64,000 nt of DNA from Chara braunii (taxonomy: Eukaryota; Plantae; Charophyceae): positions 6,509,859 to 6,573,858 of the forward strand of contig BFEA01000015.1 of the NCBI GenBank assembly GCA_003427395.1, written 5' to 3'. The position numbers and the translations under genes are program-made. The notes beneath the pieces are model-generated. The model saw only the letters and a program-made list of their open reading frames with translations. It made no database searches and was not told the DNA's origin. Position 1 is the stretch's first letter. Each line of letters begins with the position of its first letter. Positions 39,925 through 53,018 of this stretch are shown in pieces.

Positions 39925-42360
39925 CTCCTCCCCCGTGTGCAACCTCGCAACTTCCTCGTCCTCCTTGGCGGCCCCCTTCTCTGGCTCGCATGAACTCCTC
40001 CCCCTAGCACGACCCAGACAGAGAGAGAGAGAGAGATTTGCATCGATTGGTTGAGCAAGGCACCGACCAGTGCGTCTCTCATCCCATCGATGGAAAACTC
40101 TCTATCTCTCTCTCTCTCTCACACACACACACGCACACACACTCTCTCTCTCTCTCTCACATACACACACACACACAAACGCTCATACACAAACACGCGC
40201 GCGCACGTGTGTGTAGTACTGTATATTTCGATGTTCTAGCCGAATCCGCATATAGCTCCTCGCTGCACTACTTTCTACATGCACAAAAAACAAAATTCAT
40301 GGCCGTGCATCTTTCCATGTTTTAGCGGACACTCTCGTTTTGCACATTTCGAGAGTAGTGCAGCGAGGCATATAGTCTTCTTCTCCTAGTCCAGCGACAT
40401 TCAGCGCAAATGCGGATGACCTTTTTTTTTTTTTCCTGTCGTTGTATGAGGTGACCTGGCATTGATGTGGTGCCGGATTTGTGGATCTCGGTGTTTCACT
40501 GTGTGATATTCTAGCTGCAGCGAGAATCCTGACCATATTTTGGTATCTTTGCGTCCTTTTTTTTGAGTTTTTTTAACTGTTTTTTTTTTTTCGACATTGA
40601 TTGTTAGCGCGACTCCCAAACAGTTTTCCTTGTCCGTTCCACCTCTTTTTTCCCATCTTGATTGTGGTTCTCGGGACTGCTGAGCTTATTTGTTCCCTTC
40701 CTGGTTGAGTGCAGCTGTCGCAAAAGGACATCTTCAGTATGTGGAAGCCTTGCACCGCCACGGCTCTCAGCCTGCATGATGTTCTCTCACCTTACTGTCT
40801 TTCTTCCTTTTTTTTTTTCTTTTTTTTTTCCTTTTTTTCCAACCCTCTCTGTTCTCTTAACTCCTGAGTTGTTTCCTTAGCTGTTTTCCTTGTGTTCTGT
40901 CCTCACTGGGTCTTCTTCGTTGTATTGCCTTCTTGGTCGCTTTGCATTTGTGGCCATTTCATTTGCTTGCGGCTGGTCTCCACCCTGCCCCGCACTAGTT
41001 TTGTTCGTTTCCATGAACTTTCTCCCCTGTGTTTCTTTCGTTTCTTCGTAGACAACGTGCTGTCTTCTGAGTAGCATTTTTGTTTTCATATTTTAGTTTT
41101 TGGGATTCCGCGACTGTGAAGAGTTGCATAACAAATACCAGATTTTATTTCACCCCCCTCCCCCCTCGAACCGTATAGCATTTCTTTTCCTGTGTTCAAT
41201 GGGCGAACCGTATGCCACGGTCTTCTTCCTCCAACGACCTTCTCCGTCTTCCTTCCTCCCTTCAACTCGGCTGTCCCCTCATCCCCTCATCCCCCCCTCC
41301 CACTCCTCCCTCCTCCTGCCTCCTCCGTTCGTTTACCTCCCTCCGCATGCCTCTCCTCAGCGCGCCTCCATTGTCGTCTGCCTCTTCCCCGACCGTTCTT
41401 GTCCCGTCCCAAACCTCCTTTACCCTCCCCCCACCCTCCCCGACCCACACCAGACCGTCGTTGATACTTCTCCTCCTCCTCTGGGTCTAGTCTCCTTCTC
41501 CATGAATCAATCAATCAATAAAGATTGACCTTGGTCGAGATTGATTCATTGATTGATTGATTGATGATTGGCGATTGATCGATTAACTGTAACGGACTCA
41601 AAAAGAAAAGGAGAATCAAAGACAGAAGGAAGAAGGAAACGACGCAAGAATTAAAAGAAAAGAAAAAAAAGTTGAGACACGAAACGAAGAAGAAAACGAG
41701 ACAGGAATGCAGAAAAAGAAAACGAGTTTTTTATCCACCTCCTCCTCCACCTCCCTCCCTTCCACTTGCCTTTTTCCTCGTCCTCCTCCTTGCCTTTATC
41801 CTCCGCCTCTCTTCGGCTTTCTCGTTCACCTCCTCCTCATCCTTTTCCTCCTTCCCCTCGACTGCTTTCTCCTCCTCCCCCTCCTCTTCGGCTTTCACGT
41901 CCGCCTCCCCCTCTTCTTCTTCTTCTTCTTCTTCTTCTTGCTCATCCAATTCTCCTCCCACTCCTCCCTCCTCCCTCGTCCCTCTTCCCCCCCTCCACAC
42001 ACACACACACACACACACGATGAGCAAAATCGAATGAATCTTCTGCTAGAACATCCAAATATACACTACTTACCTGCACACACCCCTCGCTGGCCTTTTC
42101 AAACGTGGGCCCGCAGGAAGATTGATTCGATGGGCTGGTCTCTCTCTCTCTCTCTCTCTCTCTCTAACATACACACCCACACACGCACACACACACTTCC
42201 CACACACCCACACACCCACACACGCACACACACGCACACACGTGTGTGTGTAGTAGTGTATATTTCGATGTTCTGGTGGAAGATTAATTCGATTTTGCTC
42301 ATCCTATCGATGGAAGTAGTGTTAGGCCGGTCGCGGGGTTGGAGACTTACCTGTTGGCCG

Positions 42361-42399
<39 letters not shown>

Positions 42400-42604
42400 C
42401 CCTCGCTGGCCTTTTAGAACGCGGCCCCGNNNNNNNNNNNNNNNNNNNNNNNNNNNNNNNNNNNNNNNNNNNNNNNNNNNNNNNNNNNNNNNNNNNNNNN
42501 NNNNNNNNNNNNNNNNNNNNNNNNNNNNNGATTTTGCTCATCATATGGATGGAAGTAGCGTTAGGCCGGGCCGGTCGTGGGGTTGGAGACTTACCTGTTG
42601 GCCG

Positions 42605-42640
<36 letters not shown>

Positions 42641-42641
42641 G

Positions 42642-42685
<44 letters not shown>

Positions 42686-43114
42686 TCGCACACACACTCG
42701 CACACACACACACAATGAGCAAAATCGAATGAATCTTCCGCTAGAACATCGAAATATACACTACTTGCCTGCACGTGTCCCTCGCTGGCCTTTTTGAACA
42801 CGGCCCCACATCATTTCGTCTCAACGTGCGACTTCGGCGCAGCGGACTTTTCAAGCGATGCAGTTTCCGAAGTCTTGCCTCTTGATCGTGTCTTTTTTGC
42901 GCCCGCGTCCGTCGGCGTCAGTCCTGTCCACGCCACTTGCGGTCCTGTCCCTCCCGCGCCGCTTCATTTTTGCGCCCGCGTCCCTCAGCGTCTGTCCTAT
43001 CCCGCCTCGCCCTTGCACCGGTTCCCCTACCGGGTTCCACCCCTCCACGGGTTTCCCTTGGGCCCGTGACCGAGCATGTCGGCGGGACCTTTACAACTTT
43101 TAGTAGTATAGGGA
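39666..43114 (-). mobile_element. Non-autonomous Helitron
   Basis: On the minus strand: 5' TCCCTATACTACTAAAAG, a 3' hairpin GCCGCAGC-GTA-GCTGCGGC ending 11 nt before the terminus, terminal CTTG, and insertion between A and T in an (ATT)n tract. Removing it rejoins a repeat that is contiguous at 56387-56747. Confidence 0.78.
40261..40365. mobile_element. Small MITE (TIR CGCTGCACTACT)
   Basis: cgctgcactact...agtagtgcagcg; related copies near 19990-20090 and 23480-23530. Confidence 0.65.
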
Positions 43115-43828
43115 TTATTACTATTTTTTTTTCTAGCCCATAGTGTTGTAGAGGCCAAGGACTAGACCCAAGGCTATTGCTGGCAGCGGCAGCTGGTGGT
43201 TGTTCTGACAGGATGGCCACCTTCCCTACCCTTCCCCACATTAATACTCCCAGCGCATCCCCTATCCCTACTATCCTACCTCAGTGTGACTAGTACTCAG
43301 GACCATCACCTTACCAGTATAGAGGCCAACACCTTACCAGTATAGAGGCCAACTTGGACCATACAAAAGTGACAAGCACCAAGCGGCCTTATCAGTTTTT
43401 TATTGGGTCCGCAAAGGCGAAAAAAACATGCACCTGCGGAGATATCATGGCGTGAGTTTCGATCAGCAATTTCGGTAGAAAAGGATCTGTGGTTTTTTTT
43501 TTTCACTTTCCTTTCCCATGCGAGACCATGGCTGACCCCTTCTTGACACACGTGACTCTGTCACGGCCACGGTACTTTCATTGCTTTTCCAAACTCGATG
43601 GTTGTTTTCGTTGCAGGCGCGCATATTTTTTGCTCATCCGAAACTGAAAGTGACATTAACGTACTTGCCCCTAATAGTATTCGTACACGTTGTATTAGGT
43701 CGTGCAGTGCGTGTCACACCTCTTGAATATTTCACTACATTATAACAATCGCTACTTGACGGCCTGTGACCAGCAGCCCATCTAGGCCCTCCATTTTGTT
43801 GGCTCGCGACGTTCCAGATGAGGTGCTG

Positions 43829-45487
43829 TGTTTGGACCTGCCCAACATGGACTGAGACACACAGCTGATTTTTTAGTTTTGCCAATGGAACGCATGCCTT
43901 GCTGAGTTTCCTGCTTGTTGCTGACTTTTCTAAGTCCGAGTGTGTGCGTGATTGCTGGTCTGCATGCCTGTCTGAGAGCTTGTTGGTGTTAGTGCGGGTG
44001 CGACTCGCGAGGGTACTTGTCTGTGTGGAAGGCCCGATGTGTCGGTACTTACCTGAGGCCGTGGCATTGAGGGTTGGAGTGGGGAAAACACTCAAGTGGT
44101 GGGGAAAGAGGCCCACGACACTTGAAGCAGTGGAAAAACACTCAAGTAGCAGGTAGGACGGTACCAGACCGGGTAGAGTTAGATGTCTCGAGTACTCGAG
44201 GCTGAGCAGAAGAAGACAAAGTTGGCGTTTCTAGAGTACCATTCCAACCAGTTTGAGTCTACCTTCTTTCCTTGAACATAACTCGTTTTCGTTGTATTAG
44301 AGTTTCAGACTTGGAAAAATATCAAATAGAACACATATCAAATAGAACGCATATGCGTTGTATTCGGAATTTCGGGCTATTCAAATAGAACACATATTCA
44401 CATATGTATTGTATTCGAATAGAACACCCCCTATGCGTTGTATTCGAATAGAACACACCCAATGCGTTGTATTTGTTTACAATGCATATGCGTTATGTTT
44501 GGGGGAAGAAGGTAGGGCTTGTATCGCAGTATCAAGGTCTGCAATGATGTTTCCCTTTGAAAGGGAGGAGGTACCCGATTGCTTGGAGGCCGTGTGGCCT
44601 AGGAAGTCATTCGCCAAGAGGCAAGCAGGCCACTCTATCTCCAGGAGCAGCGAAGGGCTCCTCATTGTTGTTGTCTAGGTTTGGCGACACACTGGTTTGA
44701 GCGCTGGCTGGAGCAGTGCTGCGGGGGAGGAGCAAGGACAAGAGGAGGAAGAAGACCAGGACTAGGAGGAGCGCTAGAGATACTTACCTGGCTATGGTGG
44801 ATGCCATCTTCATCACCTCGGTGGACACTACATCTTGAAGGCCCCCGTTGGGGTAGAGCTACACCAAGAAGCTTCGACGCAGAGTCAGGCATGGCGACCT
44901 GAGCTAGAGCGGGCATAGCTGCTTTGTGTTGTCCTTTACACAACAGGGCAATGCTTTGGTAGTTCGCCATAGCCTCGACCATGGAAGGAGGAGGAAGAAG
45001 GGTGGCCATGGCTATGGTGAACCTTTGTGTGATGCCTGCTGTAGAAGAGGGATTCAGACATTGATTCTGGTTCAGCCATTCAACATTATTATTATTATTA
45101 TTTCTTGTTTGAATAAGAGGGGAGGAGATAAGGAGGAGGAGAGTGGTTGGCGAAGAAGCCAATTCTCATTGGTCTTTGCCGGTATACATCTTCTTCTTCA
45201 TCATTCCCTCTCTCTCCTCTCAAGTTCATTCATTTCTTTTAGCAATTGGACGACATTGCACTTTCTGATGAATGTGTACTTGGAAATTGGGCTAGGATCA
45301 TAACATTGGTATCAGAGCGGATTGGTTGGCGAAGAAGGCAATTCTCATTGGTCTTTGTCGATGTACGTCCTCTTCTTCTTCTTCTTTCCCTCTCTCTCCT
45401 CTCAAGTTCATTGATTTCTTTTAGCAATTGGACGACATTGCACTTTCTAATGAATGTGTACTTGGAAATTGGGCTAGGATCATAACA
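43829..45487 (+). repeat. 5' LTR (with MITE insertion and duplicated 3' end/PBS)
   Basis: tgtttggacctgcccaacatgg...ggatcataaca. The end occurs twice (45305 and 45487), each followed by an iMet-type PBS. Confidence 0.88.
44262..44512. mobile_element. TA-flanked MITE inserted in the 5' LTR
   Basis: TA|ccttctttccttgaacataac...gttatgtttgggggaagaagg|TA with internal GAATAGAAC repeats. The 3' LTR has the empty TA site at 50852-50853. Confidence 0.88.
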
Positions 45488-46563
45488 TTGGTATCAAAGC
45501 GGATTCTACTTGCTGGCGAGAGTTGCCACTCCAACCCTAACTTAAGTGGAGGGCTACCACTTAGGGTTAGGGCTGGAAGTTGAGGGAAGCTGCCCCCACC
45601 TGGTTAGGTCGTGTTGGGTCGACACTTGACCTGACTAGGTTATGTGAGAGTAAGGTTGGAGTGGCGAGACACTTCGAGAAGACTTTGTGCGACGATTGGG
45701 AGAGGCGATAGTGAGAGGCACTCGCACTTGGAATCTGATTCAAGGGATGGGCTTGGCGACTTCAGGGCTTCCCCCAAGTAGGCGAGCTTGAGATAAAGCA
45801 GCCATTCTGGACTCGGGGATCTCGTATTCGCTCTGATTGAGCTGAGACGTTGGGTCAGATCTCTCATCTGAATTATTTGTATTTCTTTTATGGTTGCTCT
45901 CTAGTTCAAATGTAATGCGGCTTTGATTATGAGTACCTTCTCTTCTTTGAGCTTTTCAGTTTTTTTCTTTTTTCGAGTTCATGTTTTGACGCCCGTGGAG
46001 ACTCGTGGACAAAAGGAAGAGAGAGAGAAGGGAGTGACTCATCTTCATGGACTTGTTGAGTATTTTTTCGTAATGCCTAAGAACCTCGGTAGTTCTAAGA
46101 TGGCCACAGTAAAGGTCTCTGGAGCTTTGAAGGTCCAACTGGATGCTGCCAACGATGATGACAAACCATTGTTCCAAGTCCTCTACGACAAGGCACTGGC
46201 AAGGAAAGAGAAGAGAGGAGGAAAAGCGGAAAACCATTGTTGCGGACCATGAGGCTGTTTTCAAAGCAGTTCCCTCCTTGGCTGATACAAAGGTGGAGAA
46301 AGATTTGGTCATGTATGAGCGTGCTCTCATAAACTATCATCTGGTAAGTGAAATGCCTGGTCAGATATCCAAATTTTGGCCAGGTAAGTCAACTGCAGAG
46401 GCAGTTTGCGGAGATGGCCAGGGAGCACAATGATCAGATGCGGCATATGGGAAATCTGCATTAGACCCAGATTCCTACTCCTCTATCTCTACCTCCTGCC
46501 TCCAATGCTGCTAACCAGTCAGCCTTTGCTCCTCTCCATGGCTCTACCTCTTCGTTTCTAAGT

Positions 46564-49500
46564 GTGGTTCAATCGGGAACTGCAGTAGGTGCAGACCCCG
46601 CTGCCGCTACAACAAGTGACACCATAGGGATTTTTGCAGCTGTTGCAGCCTTGAGTTCAGACAGAACATTTGCTGGTGCCGGTTATAGCAGTCCCTATGT
46701 GGATAGAAAGGCGGTACAAATCTTGTCCAAGTACGATGGCAAGGAAGACGTGGAGTTTTGGATCAGCTCCATGCAAGCCTACTTTGAGGTACTGGGAACT
46801 TTGTTGATGAGCGAGTCGTTGATTTTGGGGACCAACATTGAACCCGCCGTACAGAGCTTCTTAGAAGTCCAAGCTATGCAAGCCGGGTATACTAAGATTA
46901 ATCTGTCGGACTGCCTCAAGGTTACACCAATGGTCACACTAGAAGAGATGTTGATTAAACAATAAAGATCCACCTGCTGCTGCTAGAGTAAGGAACCCGC
47001 TTGACAATTTCAAGCGCAGCAAGTGGTCGGGCACCATGGACAACCTGCAATTGAATGTAAGCAATTTTTTTTGCTACTCTCCGGTTGGAAGTGACTGCAC
47101 AGTCATTCATGGATGTTGTGAAAGGTGTGGTTCCCATTACTTATACACATTGCATAGGCAAAAATTTCATTGGATACACGGATGGCTCTCCTTCATGCAG
47201 GATGTAGTCAGCCTCGAGGCACATGACCTAGTTTCCATGGAAGGCAGCAAAAAGCCTATATGGGGCAAGCGGTTTAGAGGCAGCAACCGCTTTGTTGTGC
47301 ATGACCTGCTGGAGGCTGATGAGGAGGCCTACGCAGATGACCCCACTCTTGATGATGATCAAGAGCAGGACTTTCTGTTCATCTTCAGCCCATGAATTTG
47401 ATATTAACAATGATGAAGAGAAACTTTATGCATTAAGAAAGTCTGCCAATGTGAAATGATCAAACCAAAACTCAAGGAAATACTATGCCAATGTGAAAGG
47501 ATCAAACCAGAACTCAGGGAAAAACTATGTCCCACTCCCCAAGGGAGTCAAGATCCTAAGGATGCTGCAACCAAACCTTGGTTGGACCTCCGGATCAGCG
47601 AAAGTGAATGGAAAGGTAAGATCAAGAAAAACGGTTTGCTTGCATTACCTGAAATCCAACCATAAAGTTCAAATTTGTTATAGGCTGTAGGGAAACCCGA
47701 ATCAGGCGTAGAGTTGGCATCAACACCTTCTACAGCAAGGGAGACTGGACCTGGCGCAGATTAACACTGCTCCCTTGAAGCCCCGTTATCTGCTGATTCG
47801 AAGGTTGACGCATATCATGTACTCTATGATGAGCCTTGGGAGGAGTCTGAGAAGGTTACTTCCACTACCACCTTGAGCATTGGGCTGAGATGAAACAACA
47901 ACGTGCTCAAGGAACAACAAAATTAATCTTCTTCAAGCTTCTCATTAACCATTGCTACCTCCCTTGTCTTGGTTGATTGTGCTGCAACTGCTAACTTCAT
48001 GTCTCCACCAGGGATACGCAAGGTGGGCTTGGGAACGAGGCAAGTGGAGTTGCAGGCCCCTTGCCAGACCCACGTAGGCAACAAAGAAGCTGTCTCCTTG
48101 ACGCATGCGGTCTAAGGTGTGCACACTACCGTTGACAAAGATAAGATAGTCACACATGCACTTAACTTTTATATACTTGACTAGTTGCCTTTCGACGCAG
48201 TTCTAGGGTTTGTAGGCTATGGTCCCAGTGCAAATGGAATGAGTGGAAGGGTGATCTCTTTGTGGTGCCCGATTCTTTGGGAAATGAACGCGCAGTATCA
48301 CAATACAAGAAGAGCGAATCCCAAGTGACTTATCTCAATCCAAACTAACAAGCAAAAAGGTACCTTGTACATGAGCTTAAGCATGTGAAACTGCCTTTCA
48401 AACCTTGAAAGAGTCATTGGTGAGTCATCCTGTGCTCCGTATTGCGGATCCAAACTCAAATTCGTAGTCACTACGGATGCGAGCCAATACGACTGCAAAA
48501 AGATGATGGTGATGGCTTGCGTCCATTCAAATTCTACAGCAAACGCATGCCCAACGAAAAGGTAGCTACTTTGACCTACATGGGCAAACTTTATGTTGTA
48601 TGCATAGCTTTGGACCACTGGAACCACTATCTTTTGGGATGCCACTTCAAAGTTTTTTCTGATCATGAGACTTTGAAATAGATCAAGGAGCAAACCACCT
48701 TGCCTTGTACGTAGACTTGTTGGTTCGATGAGGTCGACACCTCAAGTATATAACTTGCCTTGTGAACTCCTACGACCTTCGGAAAAAACCGAAGGAGGAA
48801 CTCGTGGAGCAAACTGCCGAGGATCCGAACCTCAATCCAATTCTTGAGCAACTGCAAGCTGACCCTAGCAATCGGCCTGATTTTCATGAACGTGAAAGTT
48901 TGTTTTTTTTATGCTAAGGAAAAAATGACCGTTTGTGTGTACCCAACCGTGAGCCTCTTTGCACTCACTTCTTGGATTTGGCTCACGATTGGAGTGGACA
49001 CTTCACCATGGCAAAAACCTACGGAAAACTGTTACAACAATTTGACTGGCCTGGAATGAAAGGGTGTGCTGAAAAGTCTGTGGCTGAGTGTCGTAGGTCT
49101 GTCAAGGAATCAAACCATCAAGGCAAAAGCCCATGGGGCTGCTCAAACCTCTTCCCATTCCCAACGGTTGTCGAGAGTTGGTCTCTATTGACTTCACGGA
49201 TATGGGAAAGACAAGTAAGAATGAATACTCGCAAGTGGTGGTGGTGGTGGTGATCATTGACCGATTTTTTGAATTCCTAAATCTGATTCTATTGCGATCT
49301 TATGCCCCAACTGAACTCGTGATCCGTGAGTTCCACCAGAAGTACATTTTGCAGTTCGGGACCTCAAAAACCCTTGAGCGATCGAGACCCATGCTTCGTA
49401 AGTATCGAGTGGAAGGACTTCACGCCCAAACTCCCTGGTCTCAAGTTGAGTATGACATCTGATCGACATCCTGAAGGCAACGGTTTGGCCGATGAAATGA

Positions 49501-50240
49501 ATCAGATTTTGTTTCAGCTTCTCCATGGTTTAATTATCCCAAATCATGAAGCGTGGGATGGAGAGCTATATTCGGTTCAGGGGTTATACAACAACTCCAT
49601 TCATTCGTCTATCGACATGACGCCAAACAGGCTGCATTACAGTTGGCAGATCCGTAATCCACTATCCTCTACTTATTCCTTGAACAGCTGGTTGGTCTAA
49701 CGCCTGACAGAGCTGGCTTTTCGCTAAGTATGATCGCTTGCTTAAGGTTGTCATTGCAACAATGACCAAGCGACAACACACCATTATCCATCATGCGAAT
49801 AAGAAGCGCACACCTTCGACAATTTAAGTGGGAAGTTATGTTTGGGTCAAGATGTCTGAATTTTTGGAAGAAGAGGGGGTGTCATGCAAGCTCCTCCCTC
49901 TTTATTATGGACCAGGGGAAGTTATGGACGTGATTGGTGGTGATAAGTTCGATCCTTCATACATAAGTGTTGTCCCTCCTCATCTGCGCACATACCTTTT
50001 CACGCGGCAAAGTTGTTTATATATCGTGATGCTAAAACCTCCAAATATCGTGAGGACATGATCCCTCGTGCAATCAATGGTGGTCGCGAGATAAATAGAA
50101 TTCAAAATAACATCGGGGAGGGACGTAACAAACAATATCAGATTCGTTTCATGTACCACCCGTTGGACGGCCTCTAATGAATCTCTAAGAAGGAACTGTT
50201 GCATAGCACACCTCGCATTGTGAAAGCATACGAACGACAA
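46564..50240 (+). pseudogene. Disrupted gag-pol: gag, protease, RNase H, integrase, chromodomain
   Basis: gag YDGKEDVEFWI (about 46730); protease LVDCAATANFM (47969) and FDAVLG (48191); ACETAFQTLK/VTTDASQY/FSDHETLK (48381-48681); H2C2 AHDWSGHF; core GLLKPLPIP, SIDF, SDRD, EGNGLADEMNQ; GPY/F-like KLLPLYYGP; chromodomain-like segment 50052-50234. Many stops and frameshifts. Confidence 0.9.
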
Positions 50241-50392
50241 ATAGCTTCTGAGCTGTTGCCAAAATCTTTGCAAAACTCACGGCTATCGAGTACTCACGTA
50301 ATCTCTTCGCTATATTCGTTTATGACGTGTTTGTTGGGGGGACTCGAAATGAGTTACTCGCTTGAAGGGACCTCGCTCTTGAGAGGGGGTAA

Positions 50393-51744
50393 TGTTAGGA
50401 CCTCCCAAACATGGACTTAGACACACACAACTGATTTCTGAGTTTTGCCAAGGGAACAAATGCCTTGCCGAGGTTCCCGCTAGCTGCTGACTTTCCTAAG
50501 TTTGATTGTGTGCGTGCTTGATGGTTTGCATGCCTGTTTGAGTGCTTGTCGATTTAAGTGTGGGTGTGACCCACGAGGGTTTTTTCGTGTGGAAGGCCCA
50601 AAGGGCTGGTGCTTATTGTGGCTGTGGCATTGAGGGTTGCAACGGGGAAAATACTGAAGTGGCGGGGAAAGAGGGCCGCGACAGTTGAAGCAGTGGAAAA
50701 ACACTCAAGTAGCAGGTAGGACGGTAGCACACCATGTAGATGTAGATGTGTCGGGTACTTAAGGCTGAGCAGAAGAAGACAAAGTTGGCATTTTTAGAGG
50801 CCCAATATTTGTGGGCTAGGTCTAGGGTTACTAGTCCAGCCAGTCTGAGTGTAGGGCCTGTTCGGGCAATGTCAATGTTTGCAATGATGTTTCCCTCCGA
50901 AAGGGAGGAGGTACCGGTTGCTTGGAGGCCGAGTGGCCTAGGAAGTCACTCGCCAAGAGGCAAGCAGGCCGCTATAGGTACTGGTTGCTTGGGTTCCTCC
51001 TCATTGTCGGTGTGCAAGTTTGGCGACCGATTGGTTGGAGTGCTGGCTGGAGCGGCGTTTCCGGGGAGGAGCAAGCACATGAGGAAGAAGAAGACCAGGA
51101 CTAAAAAAGAGGAGCACCAAAGGTACTTACCTGGCTATGGTGGATGCCATCTTCATCACCTTGTTGGGCGCTGTATCTGGAAGGCCCCCGTTGGGGTAGA
51201 GCTACCATAAGAAGCTTCGAGGCGAAGTCAGGCATGGCGGCCTGAGCCAAAGCAGGCATAGCTGCTTTGTGTTGTCCTTTGCACAACAAGGGAGTCCCTT
51301 GGTAGTTTGCCATAGCCTCGACTGTGGAAGGAGGAGGAAGAAGGGTGGCCATGGCTATGGTGGACCTCGTGTGATGCCTGTAGTAGGAGAGGGATTGAGA
51401 CATTGATTATGATTCAACCGTTCAACATTATTATTATTATTTCTTGTTTGAATAAGAGGGGAGGAGATAAGGAGGAGGAGAGTGGTTGGCGAAGAAGAAG
51501 GGAATTCTCATTGGTCTTTGCCTGTGTACTTCTTTCTTTCATCTTCTTCTTCTTTCTTTCATCTTCTTCTTCTTCTTTCTTTCATCTTCTTCTTCGTCTT
51601 CTTTCCTTCATCGTCATCTTCTTCTTCTTCTTCTTCTTCTTCTTTCCCTCTCTCTCCTCTCAAGTTCATTCGTTTCTTTTTGCAATTGGACGATATCGTA
51701 CTTTCTAATGACTTTGTACTTAGAAATTGGCCAGGATCATAACA
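50393..51744 (+). repeat. 3' LTR
   Basis: Follows the PPT at 50381-50390; tgttaggacctcccaaacatgg...ggatcataaca|GCTG; colinear with the 5' LTR. Confidence 0.92.
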
Positions 51745-52119
51745 GCTGATTGTTTTCGATGTCATCAACTCGCAATCTAGACTGTCTTTGGGATTGAATC
51801 GACGGTCCAGATTGGGCGTTGATCGTTTTGACGATCGCTGAGCCGGTAGCGAATTCCGACTGAGCTTGTAGGCCCTGGCTCGGTAGTGCCACGCGCAACA
51901 CTACCCAGCCCAATTTTTGGCAAGGTAATTTGGCGCACGACACTCCCTAGGCCAATATCGGAACGGTGCACGCGCGCGAGGTTGATGTAGCTAACATTTT
52001 TTTGCGAGGCTGTGCCAAAGGGAAACGGCGAGTGGTACACTCGCGTGCGGTTGATTTGGCTAATTGTTTTTTACCAGGCTGCGCCAGAAAAAAATTGCGA
52101 ACTCCGACCTCAATGCTAC

Positions 52120-52697
52120 TGAAAAGTATTCACTCGACTTCGACGTTGGCTTACTACGACACTACTCTACACCGCTGGACTTCGACTCTCTAGGCTCGAC
52201 ACTACCGTATGCTGCGACAATCACATTTGCTAATCTCTCTCTCTCTCTCTCTCCTCCCTTTGACATTGGCTACACTCTACCTCAAACAGACGTGCCCCAC
52301 AATATCGACCAAACTTCCCCCTTGCACCGCTCTTCCCTCCCCTCGGCAGCCACTTCCCCCCACCTTTGGGCCCACCTTCCTACCCCTCTGCGGCCAACTT
52401 CACCATCCTTCACGCCCATTTTCCCTACTCTCCGCGCCCACCTGCCCTCCCCTTCCCACCCAGCTTTCACCCCTTCTGCGCCCGCCTAAGCTACGACGCG
52501 TGCACTCGAGAGAGAGAGAGAGTCTAAGCTACGAGGACGACGACAACTTCTACGTGGGTGACCCCGCCCCAATGACCAAAGAGAATATAAAAGTCTACAC
52601 TCGACTTTGATGTTTCATGGCTACAACACAACTCTACACTACTGGACTTCGACTTTCTACACTCGACACTATTCCACGGTAATACACTCATCTTTGA

Positions 52698-52758
<61 letters not shown>

Positions 52759-52957
52759 GCCCCTCCTCGACGCTCGCCACACTCAACCTCACATGGACGC
52801 GCCCCACAGCGGCGACTATATCCTTACTCCCTGCGCCCTCCTTCTCTACTCTCCACGCCCACTCTTCCACCCCTCTGCGCCCACCTTCCCTACCCTTTGC
52901 GCCTCCCTTCCCTCCAATCTCGCCCATGTTTCCCACTTTCTTCGCCCACCTAAGCTA

Positions 52958-53018
<61 letters not shown>

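Larger units (their letters stand above)
43829..51744 (+). mobile_element. Degenerate Ty3/Gypsy LTR retrotransposon (chromovirus-like)
   Basis: TG...CA LTRs, TSD GCTG on both sides, PBS TGGTATCAGAGC, PPT GAGAGGGGGT, and remnants in the order gag-PR-RH-IN-chromo. Confidence 0.93.

Noticed and set aside
39659-43121. ATTATTAC as an 8-bp TSD of the 3.4-kb insert
   Set aside because: It arises from the (ATT)n target; there are no TIRs, and Helitron termini explain the boundaries better.
44780-44950. U1 snRNA gene
   Set aside because: Only the first 12 nt match; there is no U1 loop I or Sm site, and it is part of the LTR.
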